Shown: positions 36,870 to 46,200 of the stretch, one piece after another
Layout of the letters: the number at the start of each line of letters is the position of its first letter
How positions within the stretch are numbered: the first letter of the stretch is position 1
NCBI GenBank assembly: GCA_023473585.1
Contig: JAMCYU010000001.1
Location: forward strand, 2,507 to 66,506
Direction of reading: 5' to 3'
DNA length: 64,000 nucleotides
Source of the DNA: Patescibacteria group bacterium
GTDB taxonomy: Bacteria > Patescibacteriota > Microgenomatia > JAMCYU01
Program-made: the position numbers and the translations under genes
The notes under the pieces: generated by a model
What the model saw: the letters and a program-made list of their open reading frames with translations, nothing else
Told to the model about the DNA's origin: nothing
The model's database searches: none

Positions 36870-38253
36870 AAACGCGACGAAACTGATTATTGTTTGGATT
36901 CTTCTCTTGTCTATCCTCTATTCTCTGCTTTCAATTCTACGCCACAATCATTTTCAATCCGGCGGCTTTGATCTGGGCCTCTATGATCAGACTGTTTGGC
37001 AATATTCTAAGTTTTTAACTCCCTACAACACGATTAAGGAACGTTTTATCCTGGGAGACCACTTAACCCTGACCTTACCCTTACTTGCTCCCTTGTTCTT
37101 TGTCTGGGACGACGTTAGAATTTTGCTTGTCTTCCAGGCTTTTTGGATAAGTTTTTCTACCTTAGCTATCTATAAGCTCTGTTTAAAACGCGGTTTGTCT
37201 CCTTTTGCCTCACTTAATTTGAGTTTCATTTATAGTCTTTTTTATGGGATACAGTTTGCCATCTTTTTTGATTTTCATCCTGTAATTATCGGAGTAGGAC
37301 TGATTGCCTGGTTAGTATATTTTTTAGAAAGCCATCAATCTAAATTGTTTGCAGTCACCCTTGTTCTTCTTCTTTTAACCCAGGAAAATATGGGTCTTGC
37401 TCTTACCTCCTTGGGCTTAATTTATCTTTTCCGGCAAAAATATCGGTCTTTAGCTATAACTTTTATTTTTGGCGGTCTTCTTTGGAGTTTATTAGCCACG
37501 AAAATCGTCGCTTTCTTTTCCCCTGTCGGCTTTCAGTATACACCGGAATTTGTCTTCAATCCCCTAAAAATTCTAGGCGGTTTTTTTGACTCAGAAGAAA
37601 AAAGGCTTGTCTGGATTTATTCTTTTAGCTGGTTTGCTTTTCTTCCGCTGCTTTCTTTGGGTTCATTCCTGGCCGTCTCTTTTGATCTGGCGCAATATTT
37701 TGTTACCGGCCAGGAATTTGCCCGCATGTGGAGCCCATACATGCATCACCGGGCGATCTTGGCGCCATATTTAGTTTTGGGAGTTTTAGAAACCATGGAG
37801 GTTTTTAAAAGGAAAGGGGTAAATCTTGAGAAAATTTCTGTTTTTTTAGTTATTATTAGCCTGGGCTTACAATATTTTCTCCATTTTCCCCTAAACAAAC
37901 TGACAAAACCCATTTATTGGCAAGACGAAACATGGATGACGGATAACCAAAAATTATTAAAAAGGATTCCCGATAATGTCAGTCTTGTTGCTCAACAAAA
38001 TCTTATTCCCCACTTATCTCACCGTAAGGAGATCTATTTAGTCTGGCCAAGACAGCATGAGGGCCAATGGTGGCTTGATTTTGGCGGTAAACCGCGATAC
38101 TTAGTCGTTGACCTTCATCCGAATCAGTGGCTGACACAATTATTGGAGAGCAATGAAAATTTTGAAGCGGCGGTTAAAAATATGGAAAGTGCCGGCAGAT
38201 TAACTTTAGTCACCTCGGTCAATAAATCACTCCTTTTCAAAATTAACGATTAA
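36826..38253 (+). CDS. DUF2079-like polytopic membrane protein (putative GT-C-like)
   Basis: 475 aa. N-terminal TM then …LRHNHFQSGGFDLGLYDQTVWQYSKF…, resembling the conserved start I associate with DUF2079. About 10 further TM helices and a C-terminal soluble domain. It is the only internal plus-strand gene in the first 56 kb. Confidence 0.5.
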   Translation: MILTLIIEEMSRLNKNATKLIIVWILLLSILYSLLSILRHNHFQSGGFDLGLYDQTVWQYSKFLTPYNTIKERFILGDHLTLTLPLLAPLFFVWDDVRILLVFQAFWISFSTLAIYKLCLKRGLSPFASLNLSFIYSLFYGIQFAIFFDFHPVIIGVGLIAWLVYFLESHQSKLFAVTLVLLLLTQENMGLALTSLGLIYLFRQKYRSLAITFIFGGLLWSLLATKIVAFFSPVGFQYTPEFVFNPLKILGGFFDSEEKRLVWIYSFSWFAFLPLLSLGSFLAVSFDLAQYFVTGQEFARMWSPYMHHRAILAPYLVLGVLETMEVFKRKGVNLEKISVFLVIISLGLQYFLHFPLNKLTKPIYWQDETWMTDNQKLLKRIPDNVSLVAQQNLIPHLSHRKEIYLVWPRQHEGQWWLDFGGKPRYLVVDLHPNQWLTQLLESNENFEAAVKNMESAGRLTLVTSVNKSLLFKIND

Positions 38254-39410
38254 TTCTCTTTAACAAATTCTTTGTATTCGCTCTGAAAAACTTTTTCCCA
38301 TTTATAGTCAGACAATTTATTCTGAAATTTTCTTTTTAAGAAATCTGCGGACAGAATATAATTAGCTACAGATGTCGCGTCTCCTTTTGGGAAAAGAACC
38401 AGTTGTCCGCTCTCGATAAATTTTTTGAAAACGTCGTGATATTCTGGAAGATTATAAGCAATAACCGGTTTATTGATAACCATGGCTTCTAAAACGGCAA
38501 TGGTCATTCCTTCAGCGTAGCTGGGAGATAAGAAAAAATCGCAATTTCTAAAAAGATCGCCCTTTTCTTTGCCTCTTTTATAACCGACAAAAATCATATT
38601 CTTTTCTAACTTGCAAGAACCGACCTTGTCTTTCAACGGTTTCTTATGATAAGAGGCTCCGTCACCCATAATCCCTAAAGTGAAATTTTTTCTTCGCCTA
38701 ACTATTTTTTTCATGATTTCCGCTAAGTCAAAAATTCCTTTGGCCGGGTGGAGTCTGGCCCCAAATAAAGCGTTAAACTTTGGGGTTTTTCCGGAAATTT
38801 TTCCACTAAAAATTTCCGGTTCGATGCCATAATAATCATTTGTTTTAATTACTTTTATTCCCCTTTTTTCATAATATTTTTTAAGATAATTAGGAACGAC
38901 AAAAATGGCATCGGTCTTTTTGAGAAGGAAATTTGAAAATAAAAAAGCAAGATATGGGACGGTTTTTAAGAAAAGACTACCGGGTCTTTCCTGTGGTTTA
39001 GGAACGGTATTGTCAACGTTAACATACCAACGTATTTTTTTATTTAACATTTTTATTAAAAAGGGAATAAAGATTAAATCCAAAGTTGATGACAGTGAAT
39101 AAATAATGTCAACACTTCCTTTGACTTCAAAAATCAAAGGAAGGGCCAGAATATTGACCTTTAAAAAATCTGTGATGGCAGAATAATATTCCTTGCTTTT
39201 CCATTTGAAAGAAAAGGTATGGTAAGTAATTTGTTTTACCTGGCTTTGATAAAATCGCTGCGCCTCCGACGAACAAAGAAGAGAAACTGCTAGGTCTCTT
39301 TTTTGCCAATACTTTATTCTTAAAATCATAGGAACGCGATTAACGCCCTTTGAATAGCTGGGGTCGCAAACCAATATTCGCAAATGTTTCTTTGGAAAAT
39401 TCTTTTTCAT
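38250..39410 (-). CDS. Glycosyltransferase family 4 (GT-B); paralog of 50651-51787
   Basis: C-domain …FFLSPSYAEGMTIAVLEAMVINKPVIAYNLPEYHDVF…. The N-terminus (…ILVCDPSYSKGVNRVPMILRIKYWQKRDLAVSL…) is closely similar to 50651-51787 (…ILVYDTNFVPGISRVIPVIKIKYWQKHDCQITI…). Confidence 0.7.
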   Translation of the reverse strand: MKKNFPKKHLRILVCDPSYSKGVNRVPMILRIKYWQKRDLAVSLLCSSEAQRFYQSQVKQITYHTFSFKWKSKEYYSAITDFLKVNILALPLIFEVKGSVDIIYSLSSTLDLIFIPFLIKMLNKKIRWYVNVDNTVPKPQERPGSLFLKTVPYLAFLFSNFLLKKTDAIFVVPNYLKKYYEKRGIKVIKTNDYYGIEPEIFSGKISGKTPKFNALFGARLHPAKGIFDLAEIMKKIVRRRKNFTLGIMGDGASYHKKPLKDKVGSCKLEKNMIFVGYKRGKEKGDLFRNCDFFLSPSYAEGMTIAVLEAMVINKPVIAYNLPEYHDVFKKFIESGQLVLFPKGDATSVANYILSADFLKRKFQNKLSDYKWEKVFQSEYKEFVKEN

Positions 39411-40858
39411 GATTTTATCAATAAACTCTTAAGACTTTTACTAATTATTCTTTTCATTAAAAAAATATCTGGTAAAACCGTTTTAAAATAAAATTTCATA
39501 TTTTGTAATAAGGCTGATTTCTCCATCTGATAAATTATCTTAAGATATTTTTTATGATAACGATATTTCGTATTTAAAAATATCCTGTCCTTTAAAAAAT
39601 CCGGTGGGTCTTTTTTAAAAAAATCAAGAAGATTTAAAGAAGGAAGTTGCACGAATAATTGACTGTATTCAATCTTGTCACTTAACAGTTTGTTTTCTTT
39701 TGAGTATTCCCAGATTTTCGTGCCCGGATAGGGTGTTAAAATATAGATATGGGTATTGTCCAAGGGGTATTTTTTCATAAACTCATAGGTTTTTTTAAGA
39801 TCGGCTAATGTTTCGCCTGGGGTTCCCACAATATACCCACTGCTACTGGTTAAATTATATTTTCGACAAAGAGTTACGGCTCTTTTATTATCGGCAACGG
39901 TGACGGAATTTTGCTTTAAATAATTTAAAATTCTTTCGGAGCCACTTTCTAATCCAAAGATTAATCGCTTAACGTTCATTTTTTTTAAAATTAAACAAAT
40001 TCTTTCATTAATAAGATTCGCCCTGGCATAACCAAAAAAGGTTAGCTTTTTATTTAAGCCATTTTTCTCTATTAATTCCGCCAATTTTTTAACGCGTTCT
40101 TCCGGAGCTATAAAAAGGTCATCCCAAAACATAATCCCGTCAATTTCATATTTATTTATCAGGTGTTTTATTTCTTTAAGAACGTATTCCGGTGAATGAA
40201 AACGCACTCTTCCCCATTGAACGGGAGAACCGCAAAAGACACAATGATATGGACACCCTCTTGAAGTCATAATCGTCGCCATCCTTCTTACCCCAAAAAG
40301 ATTTATTTGGTCTTTTAAATAAAATTCTTCCATGGGCACTAGTTCTCTGGCCGGAAATGGTAATTCGTCTATATTTTCTATCAACTCCCTTTTCCCAGTT
40401 TTAAATATCTTTGCGTTTTTGAGAAAAATAACGCCTTTTATCTTTTCTATTTTTTTTAAGGGAAACTTGTGATCCTTCTTATAAATCTCGATAAGCTCAA
40501 GAAGGGTTTTTTCCCCTTCACCGATAACGCCTAAATCAAAAACGGGGTCAAAAGATTCGGGTGAAGCGGAAATATGAATACCGCCAATAAATAAAAAAGC
40601 TTTTACTCTTTTCTTGATTTCTTTTGCGCTCTCTAGAGTTTTTTCAAACATCAAAGTGTCGCTCGTAAAGCCGATAATATCCGCGTTAGCCCTAATTATT
40701 TCAGGGATGGGGTTTTCTCCTTCAATAATCTTAACTTTTACCTCTGGTGATTTTTGCTTAATATGGGCAGCAAGAGATAAAAGACCAAAGTGAGGAGATT
40801 GAGCCGGAAACTTCCAAAAGTTTACAAGCAACAGCAAAATTTTAGTCTTTTTTTTCAT
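39407..40858 (-). CDS. B12-binding domain / radical SAM protein (class B radical SAM-like)
   Basis: 483 aa. N-terminal cobalamin-binding-like Rossmann region (…IGFTSDTLMFEKTLESAKEIKK…FLFIGGIH…). Radical SAM CxxxCxxC motif …MTSRGCPYHCVFCGSP…. Confidence 0.7.
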   Translation of the reverse strand: MKKKTKILLLLVNFWKFPAQSPHFGLLSLAAHIKQKSPEVKVKIIEGENPIPEIIRANADIIGFTSDTLMFEKTLESAKEIKKRVKAFLFIGGIHISASPESFDPVFDLGVIGEGEKTLLELIEIYKKDHKFPLKKIEKIKGVIFLKNAKIFKTGKRELIENIDELPFPARELVPMEEFYLKDQINLFGVRRMATIMTSRGCPYHCVFCGSPVQWGRVRFHSPEYVLKEIKHLINKYEIDGIMFWDDLFIAPEERVKKLAELIEKNGLNKKLTFFGYARANLINERICLILKKMNVKRLIFGLESGSERILNYLKQNSVTVADNKRAVTLCRKYNLTSSSGYIVGTPGETLADLKKTYEFMKKYPLDNTHIYILTPYPGTKIWEYSKENKLLSDKIEYSQLFVQLPSLNLLDFFKKDPPDFLKDRIFLNTKYRYHKKYLKIIYQMEKSALLQNMKFYFKTVLPDIFLMKRIISKSLKSLLIKS

Positions 40859-42902
40859 TTCTTTGGCCGGATAAAATGATGAGGGTTACCGCAGATATCA
40901 ATAATGTCAAAACAGTAATGGCCATGCCAAAAGAAAGATATTTTTGAGATGAATATTCCACGATAATATTTTTGTTTTTGTTTTCGTCAATTTTAAAACT
41001 ATTAAATCGATCATAAATTTTTTGCGATTTAATCTCTTTTCCATCGATCTTAACTTTCCATTGAGGATCATAATTTTCCGAAAAACCTAAAACTACGGGC
41101 TTATTGAAATTTTTAATCGTTACCAAATATTGCGTCGGATTAATCATCCGCCATTCTATAGAGCCATCCTCTTGCGTTAAGTTTTCTAACCAAAAACGGT
41201 CGGTAAAATTTTGCGTTTCATAAACAGCGCTTTTTTCAAATGTTTTTACCTTCCGAAAAGAAATAATTTTATCAAGACTTTTTTCCAGTTGGACTCGTGT
41301 GACGGAATCGTATTGTCTATCCTTGATAAAAAGCTCTTCCTCACTATCGTACGGCAGAATTACGTATTTTACTCCGGATAAAAAAAGTTCTCTTTCTCCT
41401 TCTTTGGTCTTTAATTTATCTACCACCGAAGAAGCGTTTTCTAAATTAAAAAAATAAAGACCGTCAATGGCTGGATGATTATCAGAGTAAAAAGCAAAAC
41501 GCTGTTTCTGTGGAATCCAAAAGGTTCTAAAAAAACCAGGTTGATCATTAATAAAATTCTTTAAGTCAACATATTCTCGTGGAATGATTTTGGGCTTAAA
41601 AGTCCCGTTCAATTCTCCGCTCCAGGCTGGTTTGATTAAAAGCAGCAAGCAGCAAGCCACAAGCAGCAAGAATAAACTTGGTATGTATTTTTTAAATTTT
41701 AACCATTCATATATTTTCCAAGTGCTGTATGGAATCAAAACGCTATAGGAAAGAGCCACGAGCGTATAAAATTTAGTCGAGTCCCTAAACATCACCATGC
41801 CCGGAAGATAGTTAAACAAACCTAAATAAATCTCACCGAATGGCCAATTACTGCCCTTGGCTAAAAACGCACCCGCCAGTCCCAAAATTACAAAAAATAT
41901 TATTACCGACTCGCTATCTGATCGAAAAGTCGTTTGTTTCTCTTCGCAGTTTTGAATTTTAACCTGTACTTTTGACTTTTGCTTCGTGACTTTTGACTTA
42001 TTAACAAAAAGCAAACTACTAAAGGCTAATATTGGTATAAAAAGGAACTCCCATTTCATAAAGTAACTCTTTCCGAAAATATTCTCTGGCCAGTTGGGAT
42101 GCAAAAGTGAAAGAGTGTTTTCAAGTTTGGCAAAGCTAAAAAAATTCACCGCGTCGCTGCTTGTATGCGCCAAAGACATTGAACCGGCAGGATTTTCAAA
42201 ATTAAAAAGAAAAGGCAGTAACCAAAAACCGTGGATACCCAAAATAATCAGTCCCGCCATTACTAAGAAAATGATTATTTTTTTGTAATTTTGCAAAAAT
42301 TGTCCGTAGAAAAAAAGACTGTAAAAAATTAAAAGACCCATCCCCAAATAGGCGATGCGAAAATCCCAGGCGACAAGGAGAGCAAGGATTAAGCCAAAGA
42401 TAATCGCTTTCTTTGCCGATGCTTTTTCCCAAAAACTAACAAAGACGGCCAGAGTTAACGGGATTAAAAGATAAGCCAAGACAACCGTTAATTGCCCGCC
42501 GCCCATAATCATTAAAAAATAGCTGTTAAGAAAAAAGATAAAAGAGGAAAGAAAGAAGAATTTTCTGGGAAAAAGCTTCAGTTGCCCGGCTAAAATTGCC
42601 GGGAAAAGAAGTCCGGAGAGAACAATGGGGAAAAACCATAATATCCTTTCTATTGTCGAATAAGAAAAAAATTTCCCTAAAAAACCCAAAGGGACGTTGT
42701 AAAAATATACACCCTGAAACAGCAAGGAGTTTCCTCCAAGCCCGGCATTTCTAAATGTCTCCCAAGAAAAGGGTAAATTAAAATATCCCACTATTTGCTC
42801 CGGATAAAAAAAACTCCAATCACCGGCCGTAATTAAACCACCAAAAAACCAATTCTTAAAAACAAAGAAAATAACAACCAATAATGCTAAAAACCCCATC
42901 AT
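40842..42902 (-). CDS. Giant polytopic membrane protein, paralog family A (GT-C-like; N-terminal ~13 TM domain, large extracytoplasmic C-terminal domain, terminal TM anchor)
   Basis: 686 aa. Shares with 43243-46620 and 46613-48688 the motifs KG.N.PFGE.Y (…AKGSNWPFGEIY…), FR..ST, and the C-terminal …IEY..Q…FG…TM helix. Contains two heptanucleotide tracts. Confidence 0.5.
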   Translation of the reverse strand: MMGFLALLVVIFFVFKNWFFGGLITAGDWSFFYPEQIVGYFNLPFSWETFRNAGLGGNSLLFQGVYFYNVPLGFLGKFFSYSTIERILWFFPIVLSGLLFPAILAGQLKLFPRKFFFLSSFIFFLNSYFLMIMGGGQLTVVLAYLLIPLTLAVFVSFWEKASAKKAIIFGLILALLVAWDFRIAYLGMGLLIFYSLFFYGQFLQNYKKIIIFLVMAGLIILGIHGFWLLPFLFNFENPAGSMSLAHTSSDAVNFFSFAKLENTLSLLHPNWPENIFGKSYFMKWEFLFIPILAFSSLLFVNKSKVTKQKSKVQVKIQNCEEKQTTFRSDSESVIIFFVILGLAGAFLAKGSNWPFGEIYLGLFNYLPGMVMFRDSTKFYTLVALSYSVLIPYSTWKIYEWLKFKKYIPSLFLLLVACCLLLLIKPAWSGELNGTFKPKIIPREYVDLKNFINDQPGFFRTFWIPQKQRFAFYSDNHPAIDGLYFFNLENASSVVDKLKTKEGERELFLSGVKYVILPYDSEEELFIKDRQYDSVTRVQLEKSLDKIISFRKVKTFEKSAVYETQNFTDRFWLENLTQEDGSIEWRMINPTQYLVTIKNFNKPVVLGFSENYDPQWKVKIDGKEIKSQKIYDRFNSFKIDENKNKNIIVEYSSQKYLSFGMAITVLTLLISAVTLIILSGQRNEKKD
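41641..41675 (-). repeat. Tandem heptanucleotides (AGCAGCA AGCAGCA AGCCACA AGCAGCA AGAATAA)
   Basis: Direct reading. Encodes …LLLVACCLLLLIK… in a TM segment. Confidence 0.75.
41968..42002 (-). repeat. Five tandem heptanucleotides (ACTTTTG ACTTTTG CTTCGTG ACTTTTG ACTTATT)
   Basis: Direct reading. Encodes …NKSKVTKQKSKVQVK…. Confidence 0.8.
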
Positions 42903-43246
42903 TTTTTTAACTTATTTCTCGCTTCCAAATAAAAATATTGCCACAGACCAAGACAAATAAAAAGAAATTCCCAAACGCTAAAGCGCTCAGCAAAAATCAT
43001 ATTTTTAAAAAGAAAAAACGGCACGGTCAAAATTAAACAAAGTAAGGCAAGGAAAAAGAAAAACTTTTCGCTGATTTTATAAATTACGCCAATTAATATC
43101 CAATAAAAAAGCAAAACCAGAAGAGCTTGCGAGTCAACGCTTGGATAAAAAGAAAGGTTAACGATAAGACCGCCAAGGCCCAGGGAAACAGCTAGTAATC
43201 GGTATTGACCAAGTTTTTCCTTAATCACTTTAAAAGTCTGTCTCAT
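42899..43246 (-). CDS. Small 4-TM membrane protein (possible GtrA-like lipid-linked sugar translocase)
   Basis: 115 aa. …YRLLAVSLGLGGLIVNLSFY… weakly resembles the GtrA-family N-terminal pattern (…VG..G..vN…). Start and stop overlap the neighbouring genes. Confidence 0.3.
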   Translation of the reverse strand: MRQTFKVIKEKLGQYRLLAVSLGLGGLIVNLSFYPSVDSQALLVLLFYWILIGVIYKISEKFFFFLALLCLILTVPFFLFKNMIFAERFSVWEFLFICLGLWQYFYLEARNKLKK

Positions 43247-46200
43247 TTCTTCCTCCTTTTAATTAATTGTAGTAAAGAAATCAAGCTTATTACCAGAAAG
43301 GCGACAAGAGAAACAATAATTCCCCACACAAACCATTTTTGAGGTTGGTATTCAATCGTTAATTCCCTGTCTTGGTTACTACTTTCAAGATACCACGCAT
43401 TAGCATAGCCGTTAACTAAATAATGATTCTTGTCCGTTAAAGATTTTTGACCATCATAGATTTTCCATCCCTGGTCATAGCTTTGAGAAAGAATTAGATA
43501 AAAAGGTTCGTTTGTTTTAAGAAGAGAAATTTTGTACTTGACCGGGCTTATTTTCGTGGATTCTAAAATAAGTCCCCCCGATAAATCTTCCTTTTTAATT
43601 TTGGACGCAAGAACAAGTTTGGGCAAGTAAACTTTGGTCAATTCAATATTATCAACTAAAACTTTGCCATCTTGAGAATATAAATAAATAAACGCCCCTA
43701 AACTTTCCCTGTCGGCTCTTAAAAGAACCTGATAGTTTTCAATTTTATCTAGTTGATCTCTTAAAAGAACAGTATCGGTCGGCAACCAGTCCCCAGCTAA
43801 TCTGTCAAAGAGATTTTTTCTTTCTTTAATAAGAAGGTTTAATTTTGAATCTTCCTTTAGTTTTTTAAAATTGATTTTTAAAAGATATAATTGATTTGGC
43901 TGCCAATCGCTTATTTCCTGAAGACTTATGGAAATTTCTTTTGGCAGATTGAGGTTTTCGTTAAGATTTTCAAAAAGCAGGCTGTTTAACTTATTACTGA
44001 TTAAATAGTTAGTGTTATAAAATTGCCATTTTTTCGGATCAAGCAAATTAACCGCTTGTCCCAAGTGTACCTTAAAAACGTTTGTTTTGGGTTCAAGTGT
44101 AAAGGTTCCCAAATCTTGTTTATTGATCTCTCCAAAAGAACTATTATTAAGGAAAAATTCTTTTTTCCCTTGGGAAAGAAAAAAAGATTGGTTATTACCA
44201 AAGTCAAGAGAAGCTTCGTATTGACCGAAAACCGGTGTTTTGATTTCGTATTCTAATTGAGAAAATTGTAAAGTAGGCTGAGAAAATTGTAAAGTAGGCA
44301 AAGCATTATTTGGTTTTATTTCTTTTAAGCTTTTAAACGCTTCTCTCCAGGAAGATAATTTTTCTTTATTCCAAAAAGCCGTAGTTTGGCTTAATTTCTC
44401 TATTTTTTCCTGATGCCTGTCTAAATATTCAACAACCAGTTCTAAATTGTCACGTTGATTCCCAAAGTCACCCGATAATTCGATCGCCTTATTTATTTTT
44501 TGTCCGTATCTTTTAAGATTGTCTTGCCACCACTGATTTTGCACTCCCCATTTTATTATCTCGCTTATTCTTTTCGTGGCGTAAAATAATTCTTTATCAA
44601 AAAGTTTCTTCTTATTTTTGACATTAATTTCTTCTTCTTTTTGCTCTTTTAACAAAACAATCTTGTAAAAAAAAGAGCCGGGATTAATTCTTACATAAGG
44701 ATAGAAAACCTCACCAAGATAATTTTCCTGTCCCAAGAAAAGCCGATAATAATTTCTTCCCTTCATATCGAAAGCGGCGTTTCTTGAAGAGCTTTCTATA
44801 ATGACGGAATTTGCGTCTTTCAAAAATTGCGTGTTCTTATCTTGGTCATCGCCTTCCTGATAAACCATGACTTCCTGTTTACGACTTAGTTTTGAGGCCG
44901 CTAAGAAAAGATTATTTTTGTTTCCTTGAAAATAAACAAGCTGTTTGGGTATGTAAATTGGGGGGGTCTGACAAGATGGTTCTACTTTAGTTAAATTGAA
45001 ATAATTATTGTTGATTAAATTTTCTCCCGGAAACGGCAACTGTCTTGTCTTCTCTTGCCCGGCTGCGTCTTTTTCCTCAACGACGTAACCGATATTGTAA
45101 AGAGAGGAAAAAAGACAAGCCTCTTGAGACGAAAAGCTCTCGGGGCTGGAAGGCAAATTCACGCCGCTGGTATGAATTAACGGTTTTTTAGTAAGCCAGC
45201 TTAAGATTGATTGACCGCTATAAAACCAATTTTTATGGACATAACCGTCGTTTAAAGGTAAAGACAAGACTTTATTGTCATCTTTTAACCCGTCAAGTTT
45301 ATCTCCTAATTGGAAATATTCGTTTGGAAGAGAAATCCCCTTTTGTTGAGAACCGCCACCAAAGGAATATTCCAATTTATAGCCTAAATAAATGGGGTGG
45401 AAAATTAAAAGATTGACTATTAATAAACCTATAAAGCCGTATTTCCATTTTTGCGATAAATAATAAGCGCAAATTGTTAAAAAGAAAGAGTAAAAAACAG
45501 CGCCGGCGATGATAACCGTTGAGGTGGTTCTAAAGAGCTTAAAAACCGGAATTTTAGTAAGCATTAATCTGTAAACCTCACCAAAAGGAGGATTCGGTCC
45601 TTTGGCAATGAAGATAAGAATGACTAAGGGAACTAAAAGAAAAAAAATAATTGTTTTCGCTTTTTTATCTTTAATAAAAATTGTTGTCAAAAGAGCGAAC
45701 AACCACAAAGAAAAAGTCCAAACAACAAAAATCGGGTTTGATAAAAATTGGCCAAGATTAGACTTCTTATCAATCAAATTAGAATTAAAAAATCTCATCG
45801 TGAAAGGAAGTGCGGCCGAATAAAGATCCGCGTTTCCGTCATAAACGGTAACCTCTTTTGAATATTGACCATAAATTCCCTTTGCTCCCAAAGTATCGTT
45901 AACGAAAGGAAGAAAAACAAAAGCGTTTAAAAGCAAGGTTAAAATCGATAAAAGAAAAAGTCTTTGAAAAAGTTTTATAACTGAAATTTTTTGAATATAA
46001 CCATAAGCTAAAACGAGGAAAAAGGCAGCCATACAAAAGGTAATTAAAAGTTTTGCCTGGGGAAGATCGGGAAAAAAAGAAATATTAACAAAAAACGAAA
46101 ACGGCAAAATATAAAAGGTTTTTTTGGTTTCAAGAAATTTTAAAAGAAAAAAAAGACAAATCGGAAAACCATATAGGGGAAGGGTCCCTACTAAAACGAG

